Of a DNA stretch of 64,000 nt, positions 43,389 to 57,443 are shown piece after piece. This DNA comes from Eledone cirrhosa (Eukaryota), in assembly GCA_964016885.1 (NCBI GenBank), contig OZ024749.1:4712001-4776000 (forward strand). Reading direction: 5' to 3'. Position 1 is the first letter of the stretch; every line of letters begins with the position of its first letter. Below the pieces are notes generated by a model. The model was not told the DNA's origin and did no database searches. It worked only from the letters and a program-made list of their open reading frames with translations. A program made the position numbers and the translations under genes.

Positions 43389-43645
43389 TATATGTGTCTA
43401 TATATATACATGCATTATATGTGCATATATATATATACATCATATGTATATATTTATATATACATACTTTATATGTGTGTATATATATATACATATAATG
43501 TATGTATATATATATATTATATGTATACATATAGACACACACATACACACGCATATATATATATATATGTATGTATATATATATATATATTTATCTATAT
43601 ATATATATATATACATATAGTTATCTATATATATATATGTGTGTA

Positions 43646-43708
<63 letters not shown>

Positions 43709-44902
43709 GTATGCACGTGTGTATGAAAGTACATGTATGCGTATGATTGTGAACGTATGTAATATAAATATATTTGCGTAAACCTTTACATAGAACACTG
43801 ATTTTACTGCCTTATAAGTAGAGTCGGCGACCTCTAAAGGTTTATCTATCGCTAAAGATTTTATTATTTCACAAATTACAAACAAAATGACTATATTTTA
43901 GGAATACTTATTCATAAACACGGCTTCTCGAAAATATGGATTCATTTGCCTGCAGCTATATACACAGTATATATATTGCTGATTTCTGTACTTGCTCTGT
44001 TCCTTATATTTCGCTTTCACATTCATATTGATTTAGTGTGCATTATCCGACTAACCAGCCAAACTATCAGCCCGCCAACTATGAAACCAACCAACCTACA
44101 TACTTCCACCGGGCTTTCTTTCACCAACCATTCCCTGACAGTCCTGGCAGCAAGCCAAAGTCTTGGCCACTAGAGAAGAAACGGAATAGCTCTAAGTATT
44201 TAAACTATAATTCCGACCTCACCTACTTGTCTTTATAATGTCCAGCAGGTTGTATGGAGAAGATAAGGATGTAAACTATGGTTTACTTGAAGAACAATAT
44301 AACATTTATCTGACTACATTTGCCTGGCATCGAGTCCGTTAGGTCAACCGCATCGTATGGTTTTCTTCCAAGCACCAACATTTATTCAACCTTTCAACTA
44401 TATTCCCTCGGAGCGAAGAGTAAAGGGGATCATTATGATATTCTCAGGTTAAATTTGAATATACTCTCGAGTATTTAAATTATAACAATCCAAATCTCTG
44501 GAGACACTCTACTGATCAATGAACTTAAATTTAACAGACAGAAATATTGTTCTGATATCCACCATTCCCTATAGTTTTAACATTTCCTTCTATTCTACGG
44601 TGGTGTGTCATTATAAGAGACCAACGAGGGGGAATCATCTGGCTTGGTAACCCTGCTGGTATCTTGGGCAGGATTTCCTTTACATTAAATTCTATCTATT
44701 TGAAACCGAAGAGTAGTAAATGTAACATTTGAAAATCTATTCTCATATATTCTTATATATGCTGAGAAATAAGAAAATTACAGTATTTTCTTGGCTGGAT
44801 TGTATTTATTTCTAAGATGTGCTGGATAAGGACTGACCACGGGCTAAACAACAACAAATACAAAAATAACACATGTATATGTATATATATATATATATAT
44901 AT

Positions 44903-44956
44903 ATAAGAACAAAAGATGGTTAAAAGAGTTCCATGTATTTTATTATGCGCATTTCA
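44903..44956 (-). mobile_element. Truncated copy of ribozyme element family E (3' half of hammerhead only)
   Basis: ATAAGAACAAAAGATGGTTAAAAGAGTTCCATGTATTTTATTATGCGCATTTCA nearly matches 60609-60662. Confidence 0.8.
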
Positions 44957-44989
44957 TGTATATATATATATATAGTTTTAATATAGAAG

Positions 44990-45040
44990 AGCTTCTACAT
45001 GACTAGAACCGTTTCATTCGTGAGAAATCATCAGGAAGCT
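44990..45040 (-). ncRNA. Type I hammerhead ribozyme (family B, left arm)
   Basis: AGCTTC-CTGATGA-TTTC/TCAC/GAAT-GAAA-CGGTTCTAGTCATG-TA|GAAGCT: perfect 6-bp stem I, GUA site, weakened stem III. Confidence 0.65.
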
Positions 45041-45376
45041 GGCTGTGCAAGTAAATGTTAGTATTTAGGTAGTATTCTATAGAATTAGCTTCTATAGAAT
45101 TTTCCTTTTCTTTAAACCATTGAACCCCACCATCCTGTAGACACCTGTCGTACAGGCATTGTTACTTTAAGTGATAAACAAGGATTGGTATTCCAATTTT
45201 GAACTTGTTTACAATATTCTTTCTGCCTTTGTTAATATTATAGCTTTAAAGAATTAGATTTAATGAATCCCCTTTCTTTAAATCCTTCAACCAATGACCT
45301 CCACCCATCCCAATCCCCACCCTCTCCTACCACCATATAAGGAAATACATAAATACTACCATTTACTTGGACAGCC

Positions 45377-45427
45377 AGCTTCCTGATGATTTCTCACGAA
45401 TGAAACAGTTCTAGTCCTGTAGAAGTT
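45377..45427 (+). ncRNA. Type I hammerhead ribozyme (family B, right arm)
   Basis: AGCTTC-CTGATGA-TTTC/TCAC/GAAT-GAA-ACAG/TTCTAGTC/CTGT-A|GAAGTT: stem I 6 bp, stem III 4 bp with CTAG palindrome in the loop; stem II opens with a U.U mismatch. Confidence 0.75.
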
Positions 45428-45744
45428 CTTCTATATTAAAACTTCTATACTCTGCTATGTATTCAGAACCTTACTTACTGTCGTTACCTCCGATTCAACG
45501 CCCGGAATAACTTATATATATATATATCTATATATATATATATATATATATATAAATGGCGAGCTGTGTGGTGGCATTTAAGTATAATGAAAAATAAAAG
45601 TTACGGGCGAAAGAGGGTAATATCCATCTTCAGTTGTCTGCTAGGAATCATAAGTATATATATATTGTTATTCTTGGGGAGGGTCATATTGTTATAGTAT
45701 GTCGAGAAATAACACACTATTTCATATCAAAAACCTTGCAAAAC

Positions 45745-45818
<74 letters not shown>

Positions 45819-45845
45819 TGTAATAAACAACATAAGGCAATTATA

Positions 45846-45902
45846 TCATTCACCAGTGGTTTCTTAAAAGCAAAAAAAATGTGCTATCAATCATCAGAAT
45901 GA
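45846..45902 (-). ncRNA. Type I hammerhead motif (family C, left arm; cleavage triplet mutated to GUG)
   Basis: TCATT-CTGATGA-TTGATAGCA...TGCTTTTAA-GAA-ACCACTGGT-G|AATGA. Confidence 0.6.
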
Positions 45903-45938
45903 GAAAATCCTGGTGTATTTAAATACACCAGGATTTTC

Positions 45939-45994
45939 TCATACTGATGATTGAAAGCAATTTTTTTTGCTTTTAAGAAACCACTGGTAAATGA
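45939..45994 (+). ncRNA. Type I hammerhead motif (family C, right arm)
   Basis: TCATA-CTGATGA-TTGAAAGCAA/TTTTTT/TTGCTTTTAA (10-bp stem II)-GAA-ACCACTGGT-A|AATGA. GUA site; first stem I pair mismatched. Confidence 0.7.
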
Positions 45995-46097
45995 TATAAT
46001 TGCCTTATGTTGTTTATTACATAACTATTAAGCTCTGTTACCTACATAGAGCACTCTTTTTTCCTGGACTTTTCTTTTCCGACGCAATTACTTCATT

Positions 46098-46166
<69 letters not shown>

Positions 46167-46514
46167 CCTGTTAATAATTTTATTGACGGATTAATTGCAT
46201 AAGTTTATTTTAAAAACTACCCGGTATTGAGCTTATTCTATTTGTGCTATTTATGCAATTTTTGCATGGATTTACACATACTGAATTCATTTGCCAAAAT
46301 CTGGGTTTTTTCCCCGTGAGTTACGAATGTGCTTTTATAAAACACTGTGTCATCCACAACACTGGCGCAGAACAAAATACCTGTTGATAACGTGATAATC
46401 CCCGTTCGATCATTATACCAAAGCTTATTGTTTTTAGCATACAGTATTATTGATTTAGGTGTCACAGAAACCCTGTACTGAATTTTACCATCAGTTCCTA
46501 AGGTCCAGGTTTGT

Positions 46515-46753
<239 letters not shown>

Positions 46754-46975
46754 CATTATGTCATTTACTTTGTCTGGCGTGTTTAGCTTGACTTGTTTTT
46801 TGGCTTAGGTGGTTAATGGCTTATTGATCGCCTTCTCAGTTTGTATGGCCCTTATAGCCTATGTTTATTGCTCTGGTCTTTTTTTAGTCCATGGAGCGCT
46901 TGCAAGCATGATTCGCAACTTGCGTTACGTTTCGCTTTCTCTACCCGCCGAAATGCGATTCTCGCTGAAATTATA

Positions 46976-47018
<43 letters not shown>

Positions 47019-47161
47019 CATACGTTTTGTTTGAGGAAAACGTACTTAAACACCATAGTACATTTGAAATATGTACAATAAAATATATATTTTGATTTTG
47101 AGAATATTTTTCATTTATTATATATATATATATATAATATATATATATTATATATTTATAT

Positions 47162-48040
<879 letters not shown>

Positions 48041-48426
48041 AATTTTAATCCTCTTCCTTGTTGAAAATCCAAGATCTGGCTACTGTCGTTTACCAAGCGA
48101 TTAATTGGTGAAATATATGTCTTTAATGGAATATATACTAGGAAGATTAATTAATTTATAAGGTATCTATTTTTGAAGTTCTAGTTAAACATTATTTAGT
48201 TACCTACATAGCTATGTGTGCTTACACACTTTTACAAATTATTCCCTGTGATTGTTTGATATGTTTATTTTAGATATATTTATATGTCAATCAATTTCTA
48301 GTTGATATAAAATGCTCGGATCTATTTATTGGAATCTTGGAGCATATTTTACGGGTGATATGGCGCATGTCTATCTGACATGACACTCTTAATTTGACTT
48401 AACGTTGGATATATATATATATATTG

Positions 48427-48460
<34 letters not shown>

Positions 48461-48789
48461 ATCTAGAGAGAGATATATATTTATATATATATATATATAT
48501 ATAAAGGAAAAGGATGACTTCAATTGTAGTTCTAGACAATTTGATTTAATTTTATATTGTGATTCGGTAGATCTATTCAGTTCATTGTTAACTTTTATGG
48601 AAAGATTTTTAAAGATTCCCGGTTAACTTTCCTGTAGAACTTTCTCGCATTCGTCGGTGGCGATTGTCAAACTGAGATCAGGTGGTGTTCTGATGTATGA
48701 CTCTATATATAAGAGAGATTTGGGTGTGTCTGGGGGCGTTAATGAGTGTGGGAGTAAAGGAATGTTGATGAAGATTTAATGGAATTAAA

Positions 48790-48865
<76 letters not shown>

Positions 48866-49054
48866 AATAGTGAATGGTAACAGCAAGATAATTGATTGGG
48901 TGGGGTGTTGGGTTGTTTAATGAGTGCTTAAGAAAGGGGCTGTAAATGTGCCCCCCTACTGATTCCATTTCAATAAATGACCTTTGATGAATATAATAGC
49001 AGGATGTTTTTCAAATTCTTTTCTCATAGGTGAATCAACTATCTTCAATTTATA

Positions 49055-49170
49055 AATAATACCTTCAACAATCTTCTATATTGTAGATGAATAATTAAGG
49101 TGTGCGTCTGGTGGTGATTGCGTTAATGAGGTGTAATATACATGTCTTTTGATAAGAATGGTATGACAGC

Positions 49171-49226
<56 letters not shown>

Positions 49227-49317
49227 TGTCATCCCATTCTTAACCCGGCCACCACCGGATGCACACCTTAATTCATCTTTAATATAGAAAATTGTTGAAG
49301 GTATTCTTTATAAATTT
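49055..49317. repeat. Inverted repeat arms facing each other across a (TA)n tract
   Basis: AATTTATAAA..ATACCTTCAACAAT...TAAGGTGTGCGTCTGGTGG...AAGAATGG.ATGACAGCA-(TA)n-TGCTGTCAT.CCATTCTT...CCACC.GA.GCACACCTTA...ATTGTTGAAGGTAT...TTATAAATT. Confidence 0.75.
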
Positions 49318-49694
49318 ATTATAACACCTTTCAATGCTATGATATCTTTTTACTGTAATAAGTATTTGCTTGATATATTTTAGCACCTGTTATTACCTTT
49401 ATAAATAACTTTCTATATGATATACTCACTATCATCACTTTATGTAATATCTTCTTCACAACAGCTCCTAATATTTTGCTATCTGTTTAATATAATATCA
49501 TTTTGTCACTCTTGATTTTAAATATGATGTTACTGACACTGTTCATAATATTGTATCTTAATAAATGTTCTAAAGACTAGGAATGTAATCACATGTGTAA
49601 ACAATGTGTAAGCACCGATAATTCCAGACAGTTATTCTAGAAACGATCGCCAGGAATTAAATGTATTAAGAAAAATGTTGATTGTTTTATATTT

Positions 49695-49726
<32 letters not shown>

Positions 49727-50048
49727 ATGTAATCTAAGTTTTTCGAATATTAATAATAATATTCGATTTGTTTGCAATTACGCAAACAGTCTTTTTTAAA
49801 GCCATGTCAGTAGAACGAGCCCCTCATTCTTGAACTTGAGTTGGCATTTAAACAGAACTGCAGACACAAATGTTCCTGGGTGATTACCCTTCATATATAT
49901 ATATATATATGAACATGTCTATGTGTATATGTAACCTATATATGAATAACATATTTATACAAAATTATAATGTTCTCTCTCTCTAGCATAGCAGTTACAC
50001 AAATGTAAGTATGAATACGTACACATATATGTGTATGTATGCATACTT

Positions 50049-50123
<75 letters not shown>

Positions 50124-50127
<4 letters not shown>

Positions 50128-50311
50128 AACGAGTAGGACCCCGACGGCTGAGCTCAAGCCGTTTTTCATTTAGTCCAGAATTAGCCGTCGAAACGGCTTG
50201 AGCTCAGCCGTCGGGGTCCTACTCGTTCCTATTACCCACTCTACTACCCTAAGTATTGAGTACTTTGGTGCGTTATGGTCCAACTGGTTCCTTACGACAT
50301 TTCTTCCGTTA
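50124..50311 (+). mobile_element. Fold-back family A, asymmetric copy
   Basis: TAGGAACGAGTAGGACCCCGACGGCTGAGCTCAAGCCGTTT ... GAAACGGCTTGAGCTCAGCCGTC|GGGGTCCTACTCGTTCCTA plus tail ending TTCCGTTA. Confidence 0.8.
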
Positions 50312-50582
50312 TATATATATATATATAATATGTTATTTACATATATAATGTATATGTATCTGTGTGTGCCGGGCTTCTGTGAAATCTCTCTCTCCTAAAT
50401 GTCACTGATAAGACATAAGCCGACCCGAGACTCTAATAGAAAACGCTTGAATCTCTTAGATTTGAAACCGCGTCGATGCAATGCTGACCGGTAGAGATTC
50501 TGGACACAAAATACAAAGAACCGAAGGAAATCCCACTTTACCAACTCTGCCAAACCACCAAACCATATCTATTTTGAAAGAG

Positions 50583-50775
50583 TTGTTTCTAACAATGTGA
50601 TGTCCGAGCTATTTTGTTGATTCTATTAACCTCGGTGCATGAATAATACTTTATATTATTAGCCGAGGAAATATGAAAGGCAAAGTTGACCTAAGCAGGA
50701 TTTGAGCTCAGAATGTAAAAAGCCGGCACTAAATACCGCAAAACATTGTGTTCTACGCTCTAACGATTCTAAAAA
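50583..50775 (-). mobile_element. Old SINE copy
   Basis: TTGTTTCTAA...ATGAAAGGCAAAGTTGACCT...GATTTGAGCTCAGAA. Confidence 0.65.
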
Positions 50776-50979
50776 TTAACCTATCGCGTCTATTTTAAAT
50801 ACTGGAAATAAATACCTAGTAGATTTTAATTTAGAACTTAAAGCACTGACAACTTATTTTGTCACATTTTGAGACTAACATTCTGCGAATTACAATATTT
50901 ACGCATTTAACATCGCATTTAGAATGAACATAATCCCATGCTAGAAGAAATGCATGGATTTGGGTTATTGAGTGAGAGG

Positions 50980-51170
50980 GGGGCGGTAGATCGGTAGAGC
51001 GCCAAACAACATGCTCTGAACCATATAGTTACTGCCATTTTTGTTCTGAATTCGAATACCGCTGAAATGAGAGCTTTCACTTTCAACCTTATGTCGTCGA
51101 TAAAAAAAGCACCTTTAATACACTGGGGCCGATTTAACCGATATTTCCCTACCCCTAAAAATTACTGATT
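50980..51170 (+). mobile_element. Old SINE copy
   Basis: TCGGTAGAGCGCC...TTCTGAATTCGAATACCGC...GTCGATAAAA...CACTGGGG. Confidence 0.55.
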
Positions 51171-51511
51171 TTTACATAAATAAAAAAAACTTTATTGAGT
51201 AAGAGAAAGCTGGGCAGCGTTCATGAGCAGAGAGACTATGGATTAAGAAAGGGAAAGTTATGATGAAATCAGAATCACGTTTTAGTTGTACGCCGCTATT
51301 ATTACTCAAGGGCCAGATGGCGCTGTTAGCCTGAATAACGTATAAAGTTACCACCTTTATAAACCACAGCAGGTTTTGAAATCTGACGAGGAAAAAAAGG
51401 AAGAAAAGTAAAACTAAATTTCTAGTCCTGGAACGTATCAATTTTGTAAATCTGCTGGCTCCAATATAAATGTTATTAGATAGATCAACTAATTGGTCGA
51501 AAGAAACGATT

Positions 51512-51895
51512 GCGAATAGAATCGGCGCGAAATGGAATTCCTTCAAAGGGTCTTCGGATTGACGTTACACGATAAAGTGCACAGCACAGAGATCAGAGAG
51601 CCACTGAAGGTAGCCTCGCTATTTCTCTGAATTGAGAGATCACAGCTCTGCTACTATGGGACTATGGGCATGTGGTTAGAATGTCTCAGGAAAGAATCGC
51701 TAGACATATTTACGGGCTACGACAACCGCCAAGTGAATCAGGGCTAGACCCCGAGCAAGATGGTTGGATAACAACCATGAGCTTGACTGGATACGCTTGT
51801 AGATACAGCTGGAGAAGTTGTAGGCGCTTCCTTCTGACAGGACCAGCTAGGGGGAGTTTTTGAGGACTCTCCCTTCATGATCCTCTCAGAAAAAA
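51512..51895 (+). pseudogene. Decayed RTE-clade LINE 3' coding fragment
   Basis: EMEFLQRVFGLTLHDKVHSTEIREPLKVASLFL*IERSQLCYY(fs)GHVVRMSQERIAR matches the EM.FLRR..G.TL.DK...IR..L.V..L...IERSQLRW.GHV.RM pattern of RTE elements. Confidence 0.8.
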
Positions 51896-52694
51896 GTGGG
51901 CGAAAAGACAACTAATTCATAGGCAAAGTTGATCCAGGCATAATTTGAAAGCAAACGACCCTAATAAAAGTGGTAATGGATTTCGAATGCCTCTTCCCCA
52001 CAAGTCCTAAAATTGTTCCAGTCTACATGTGCACAAGTTGTCTCAACCAGCACGCCACTACGCACTCGCTAGAAATAGCAGCTAAATTACATTATGAATT
52101 ATTGTTCATATATTTTCTCCTAGCGGAATACATATATCCTTAATATTTTCTTTTCCTTTTTTAACGGTGAATAATAGATAAATATAGACAGTATTTGTTG
52201 TTTTTGTAGCTTCTATTGTTTTTAATATAATAAATGTGTTTGAGTCTAAAACATAATAATAATTTCACAAATCAAAGATCACACGTTTGATTTTATTATT
52301 ATTATTTTCATACGTATAGCGAACAATATTAACAAAGAATAAAAAAAAGAAATATTTTTTTCTATTTTGAACAAGTGGCAACATCAACTTGATTTGAAGC
52401 ATTATAAACAGAATTTTAATATATGGTAATAAATCACATTTTATGATAAACTATGGCAAGACATTAAATATTTTATGGTTTCACTTTATTTCCTTACGAT
52501 TTTATAGTGTGTTGCACTTAGCACTTGGTTAAACGTGTAGCCTCAGGTAATTGCCAGCCTCGCAATCGAGGAGGAATATAATAATATTCAAAACTAATTT
52601 ATAATGAAAACGTTGCCTAGACGGTAAATGTATTAACATTGTTGAGAGTATACAATAGGTATGTTTGTAGGTTGTATGTGTGTGTAGGTAGATA

Positions 52695-52748
<54 letters not shown>

Positions 52749-52778
52749 TATATATATATATATATGTTGGTAGTTATC

Positions 52779-52809
<31 letters not shown>

Positions 52810-52949
52810 ATATATATATATAATGTGTGTGCGTATGTATGTATAAATATATATATGTATGTGTATATATGTATCTATCTATGTACGTGTATATGAAAAG
52901 ATTCAGGGCTCCGAAGACTGACCGCCGGCCGTTTCGACAGCTATACATA

Positions 52950-53061
<112 letters not shown>

Positions 53062-53787
53062 AGGTGTAAAATCCTGGCCGTGGTGCCAAGCGACTTCGGC
53101 TTGTGTGTTCAGCAAAGTTCCTCAGGGTTGTAGTGATGTTTTTAGGGTGTGAAAACATAGGTTACAGGTCTTGCTAGTTATTTGGTTGAGTTTAGCATAG
53201 AAGTAAACTGGACTGATGGAGGAAGTGGAGGGCAGACAATGCTAAGTGTATCTCGACAGGCAAGGTTTCAGTAGAAGTAAGTAGTGTGAGTGAGGTGGGA
53301 TGGGATTGTGGGTTGGAGTGAATTATGGGGTCAGACAGCATGATGGACATAGAAATAGAAGGGGCTTATAGGGTAAAGGAGTATTTTAAAGTCAAGAATT
53401 AACAATAGAAAGTGGATTATATAGAAATAAATGGGCAGGTGGTTAAATAAAATAGTAAATAGGATCAAATAAAACTAGGTAAAATGCAGGGTTTATAAAT
53501 AGCTCCAGTGGATTTTATAGGTTGGCAGCCAGTGTAAGTGCTATGTGTATGTATACTACATACATAAACGAACCCTTAACACTATACTGGGAAGTTTCAC
53601 AAGGCTGTACATGGGAATATAGGAATAAAGGAGTCAGATATTTCAATTATGTAATCGGTGGGCTGGGGTAGAATTTGGATAGGAAATTATTGAGTAGGTG
53701 GAAAGTATGGATAAAACATAGAGGAACTTGCAAAGCGGCTTTCATACATACATACATACATACATACATACATACATACATACATAC

Positions 53788-54238
53788 ATGGTGGCTGCCA
53801 ACTCGTTTTCGACTACGGCCACTACTTTATATCCATGTAGGAGAACCCCTACCAATGCGCTGGACAAGTGTGACTTTTAGTCCAGCCAGCGACTTGAAAA
53901 CTCTGGTACAAACACTACACTTGTGACAATTATTGACACATAGTGTACATGGTACCATGTGACGACAAGTGCAAAGAGATCTCCAGATATAAAACAATGC
54001 CTGTGCCGCGAAACTTTTATAGTGAGCAAAGGCACTGCACAAAGCCAGTCGCACTCTCTTAACCAAGATGATATTTACCAAAAAGAAGAACAAGTCAACA
54101 TCATTGGATACCATCAGGGTTGCAGGTGTTATATCAGAGTTTTCCTTCTCCTAGAATTCTGCCTTGACAAAGGCCAAGGGGACATCTCTCCCGGTGATTT
54201 TGGATGGCCATTGACTCTTAAGAGCTACTCTGCCCTTT
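53788..54238 (-). mobile_element. Interspersed retroposon-like repeat, copy 2 (longer)
   Basis: Homologous to 1384-1793; flanked by (TACA)n on both sides. Confidence 0.75.
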
Positions 54239-54359
54239 GATACATACATACATACATACATACATACATACATACATAAATATTAGTGCACCTACATGCA
54301 CGCATCCGTACAAGCGCGTTCACATACCTGCATGTGCGTATGAATGCATCGTCGTGTAC

Positions 54360-54448
54360 ACACACATATATATATATATATATATTTATAAATATATATG
54401 TTTATATATATATATATTTATAAATATATATGTATATAAATATATATG

Positions 54449-54510
<62 letters not shown>

Positions 54511-54561
54511 GGTCATGTTGCCAATAAAAACACACGCTATATACATATATATATATATATG

Positions 54562-54595
<34 letters not shown>

Positions 54596-54643
54596 CATAT
54601 ATATATATATATATATATGTATATACATATATATATATATATG

Positions 54644-54677
<34 letters not shown>

Positions 54678-54695
54678 CATATATATATATATATG

Positions 54696-54738
<43 letters not shown>

Positions 54739-54739
54739 G

Positions 54740-54819
<80 letters not shown>

Positions 54820-54823
54820 TATG

Positions 54824-54875
<52 letters not shown>

Positions 54876-54944
54876 TATGTATATACATATATATATGTAT
54901 ATACATATATATATATATGTACATATATATATATATGTATATAC

Positions 54945-54975
<31 letters not shown>

Positions 54976-55031
54976 TGTATATACATATATATATATGTAT
55001 ATACATATATATATGTATATACATATATATT

Positions 55032-55083
<52 letters not shown>

Positions 55084-55142
55084 TATATGCTTTTAATATT
55101 GTATCGATCTAAATCCCCATCATATATATATATATATATATA
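54360..55142. repeat. (TA)n/(TATGTATATACA) array
   Basis: Directly visible; contains a 33-bp unique insert at 54507-54539. Confidence 0.9.
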
Positions 55143-56679
55143 TTTGGGATGGTCATGTTGCCAATAAAAACACACGCTCTTGTTGGTTTTCACTCTATTT
55201 ATTATAATTTTCCGGTTGGTTGGTTCAATAACAGGATCGTTGTTTATATACTGTCAAATCTCTATTGTAACACATTCTGTGACCTGCTCAGTTACTGGTT
55301 TCTTATTTGATATCTCTCCTTTTTTCTGTCCTACACCATCTTGTAAATTTATTTCCTATGACATCTTGTATAATAATTTCCTACACCATCTTATATAATT
55401 ATTTTATATAGAATCGAATTACGAAGGCGTTTTAGAGCGAAACTTCACAGTTTTTTTATTTACGGTTCTAAGTGTTCTAAATTCTAATTCCACCTCCAAT
55501 GTTCTCTCTGTCTCTCTCTCTTTCTGTCTCGCACACCCACTCTGTCACACCAAATGCCTATCTATACCTCTGGAAATTCGCTACGTTTCCCCGTGATAAG
55601 GCCTAAGAATGTCAACTAGCTGTGGGCTTTTCTTCTGTATCAGAAATCGGTTAATCAAGGGAGTGAACACATTTTTTTCAATAGAAAAATTGCTATGTTA
55701 CTCTAATCTTACAGAAAAGCAAATGTAGCAATCAGATCTAGACAAATCTTTATTTATACATTCGAAAAATATCTTTTTATGACAAGCTTTTCCGGTGCTC
55801 CTTTTAGCACCGATATCTCGAACACCTGCATTTTCTAGTCCTTTAAGGAATACTTATTTGTCATAAAGACACATTGGAAAAACTTGTATTTTTCTGGCTC
55901 CTTACGTCCTGAAACAAAACTTCCCCGATGTCAAGAATTCAACTTTGCATTTTATTCTTCCAGGTAAGACAAAATAAGGTGCCTGCCAAGGTTTGATATG
56001 ATTATAATCAAATAATTCCGCGCCCACAAATGTAAGGAAATACATCTGTTATGAACTGATATTAAATGAACAAACATATTTATAATTCTCTAAATATAAA
56101 TGAATTATTGTTATATCTTCAAAGAAATTAAGTGAGAAAAACAAAAATAACTCACAAAATAATGATTCTGAAATGTTCCGCCATTCATATATTTTAAAGG
56201 CTTTTCATTCATGTGAAAGATCATTTTAGACTTTCATCCTTCCGGGATCAATAAATAAAGTACCGGACTCGAGTAATTAAATTCCGCTTTCAAATCAGAC
56301 GTCAGTATTTATATACAAATTCCCTGCCCGGGATTATTATTAGTGTCAACTCATTTCGAAGCTCTCGAAGGAAGGTTCTGTTTAATGTATAACTACTAAC
56401 CTTCTTTCTATCAGTTTTACAGCTACCTGAAATGTATCATCGCTATTTCATAATTTGCTGTCTGAAAATAAAGTATTTCTTGTCATTAAAAACAAGGATT
56501 TCTGTATCACTTCTTACGTCCTTCTCGCAAGTAGAAGCAGTTTTTCTTATGATACGTGTCTGTATTAGTTACATATTTGCTAGCTGTTACCATACAATAT
56601 ATCAAACTTAATTAGTCATTCAATGAACGTAAGATGTCTAAAAAGTTTAAAGTTTGTTTCGAACCAGGAAGTTCATCAG

Positions 56680-56897
56680 GTTAAATGACAGAGTAGGAGA
56701 CGCTATCTCGATAGAATGCCAGTCAATCGCAGAGTAAACCCCCCAGTTACTGCTGGTACTCATTTTCAGCTGAATATACTGGATCAACTTGAACAGAAAG
56801 GTTATCCACAAAAACTCAACACACATCCCAGTCCAGGAATTGAACCCACGACATTATGATCGTAGTTTTAACATACTTACTACTAGGCTTTGCGCCA
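56680..56897 (-). mobile_element. Second SINE family (tRNA head with a different core)
   Basis: Minus strand GTGGCGCAAAGCCTAGTAGTAAG (A-box-like)...GTGGGTTCAATTCCTGG (B box)...CAGCTGAAAATGAGTACCAGC core. Confidence 0.6.
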
Positions 56898-56980
56898 CCA
56901 CGAAGCTTAAGATGTCTATTTCTAAATTGCCATTGTGGATATGTGGGTATGAGTTATGTTTCGTAAAAGAAAATATTTAA

Positions 56981-57443
56981 TCTATCTTAGCTATAATAAC
57001 GAAAGGGGTGCGGGACAGCGCCCAGAAAATATTTGTTTTATCCCGTTTGTAAAACAAGTTGGATTACTTTGAATAGATAATGAATGAGTATTAGATAATT
57101 TATCTACTAAATTTTGTAACTCTTGATTAAATATATTTTATTGTTTATTTAAGGATTCACTTCGTAAAATTTTCAAATGTCAACACTTCCGCTTAGTTCC
57201 GTCACTAATGTTTCTCCTAATGCAGTTTATATATAATATATATATATATTTTAATGTATCATGAATTACTTTACTGATTACATAAGAGAGTGAAATGCAG
57301 ACTTCGTTCAATTTCTGTGTATATTGTCAATTACGATTTTATTTGATGTATCATATCTACATGCATATATATTTGCGTATAATATCGATATGCACACAAC
57401 ACATGCTAGCAGAAAACCACCCAAAGGGTGGTTTTTCTGCTAG
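56981..57443 (+). mobile_element. Putative non-autonomous Helitron 1
   Basis: A|TCTATCTTAGCTATAATAAC start; ends with hairpin AAAACCACCC-AAA-GGGTGGTTTT and CTAG|T. Confidence 0.4.

Larger units (their letters stand above)
44973..45512. mobile_element. Fold-back element family B (inverted ~95-bp arms, each with a hammerhead, plus one-sided tail)
   Basis: 44973-45067 is the reverse complement of ~45349-45443; tail to 45512; flanked by (TA)n. Confidence 0.8.
45813..46099. mobile_element. Fold-back element family C: zero-spacer ~215-bp palindrome plus ~70-bp tail
   Basis: 45813-45920 mirrors 45921-46027 about the centre GTATTT|AAATAC; inside (TA)n. Confidence 0.85.

Noticed and set aside
56645-56685. 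Minus-strand CTGATGA...GAAAC
   Set aside because: No stem III, cleavage triplet or stem I pairing.
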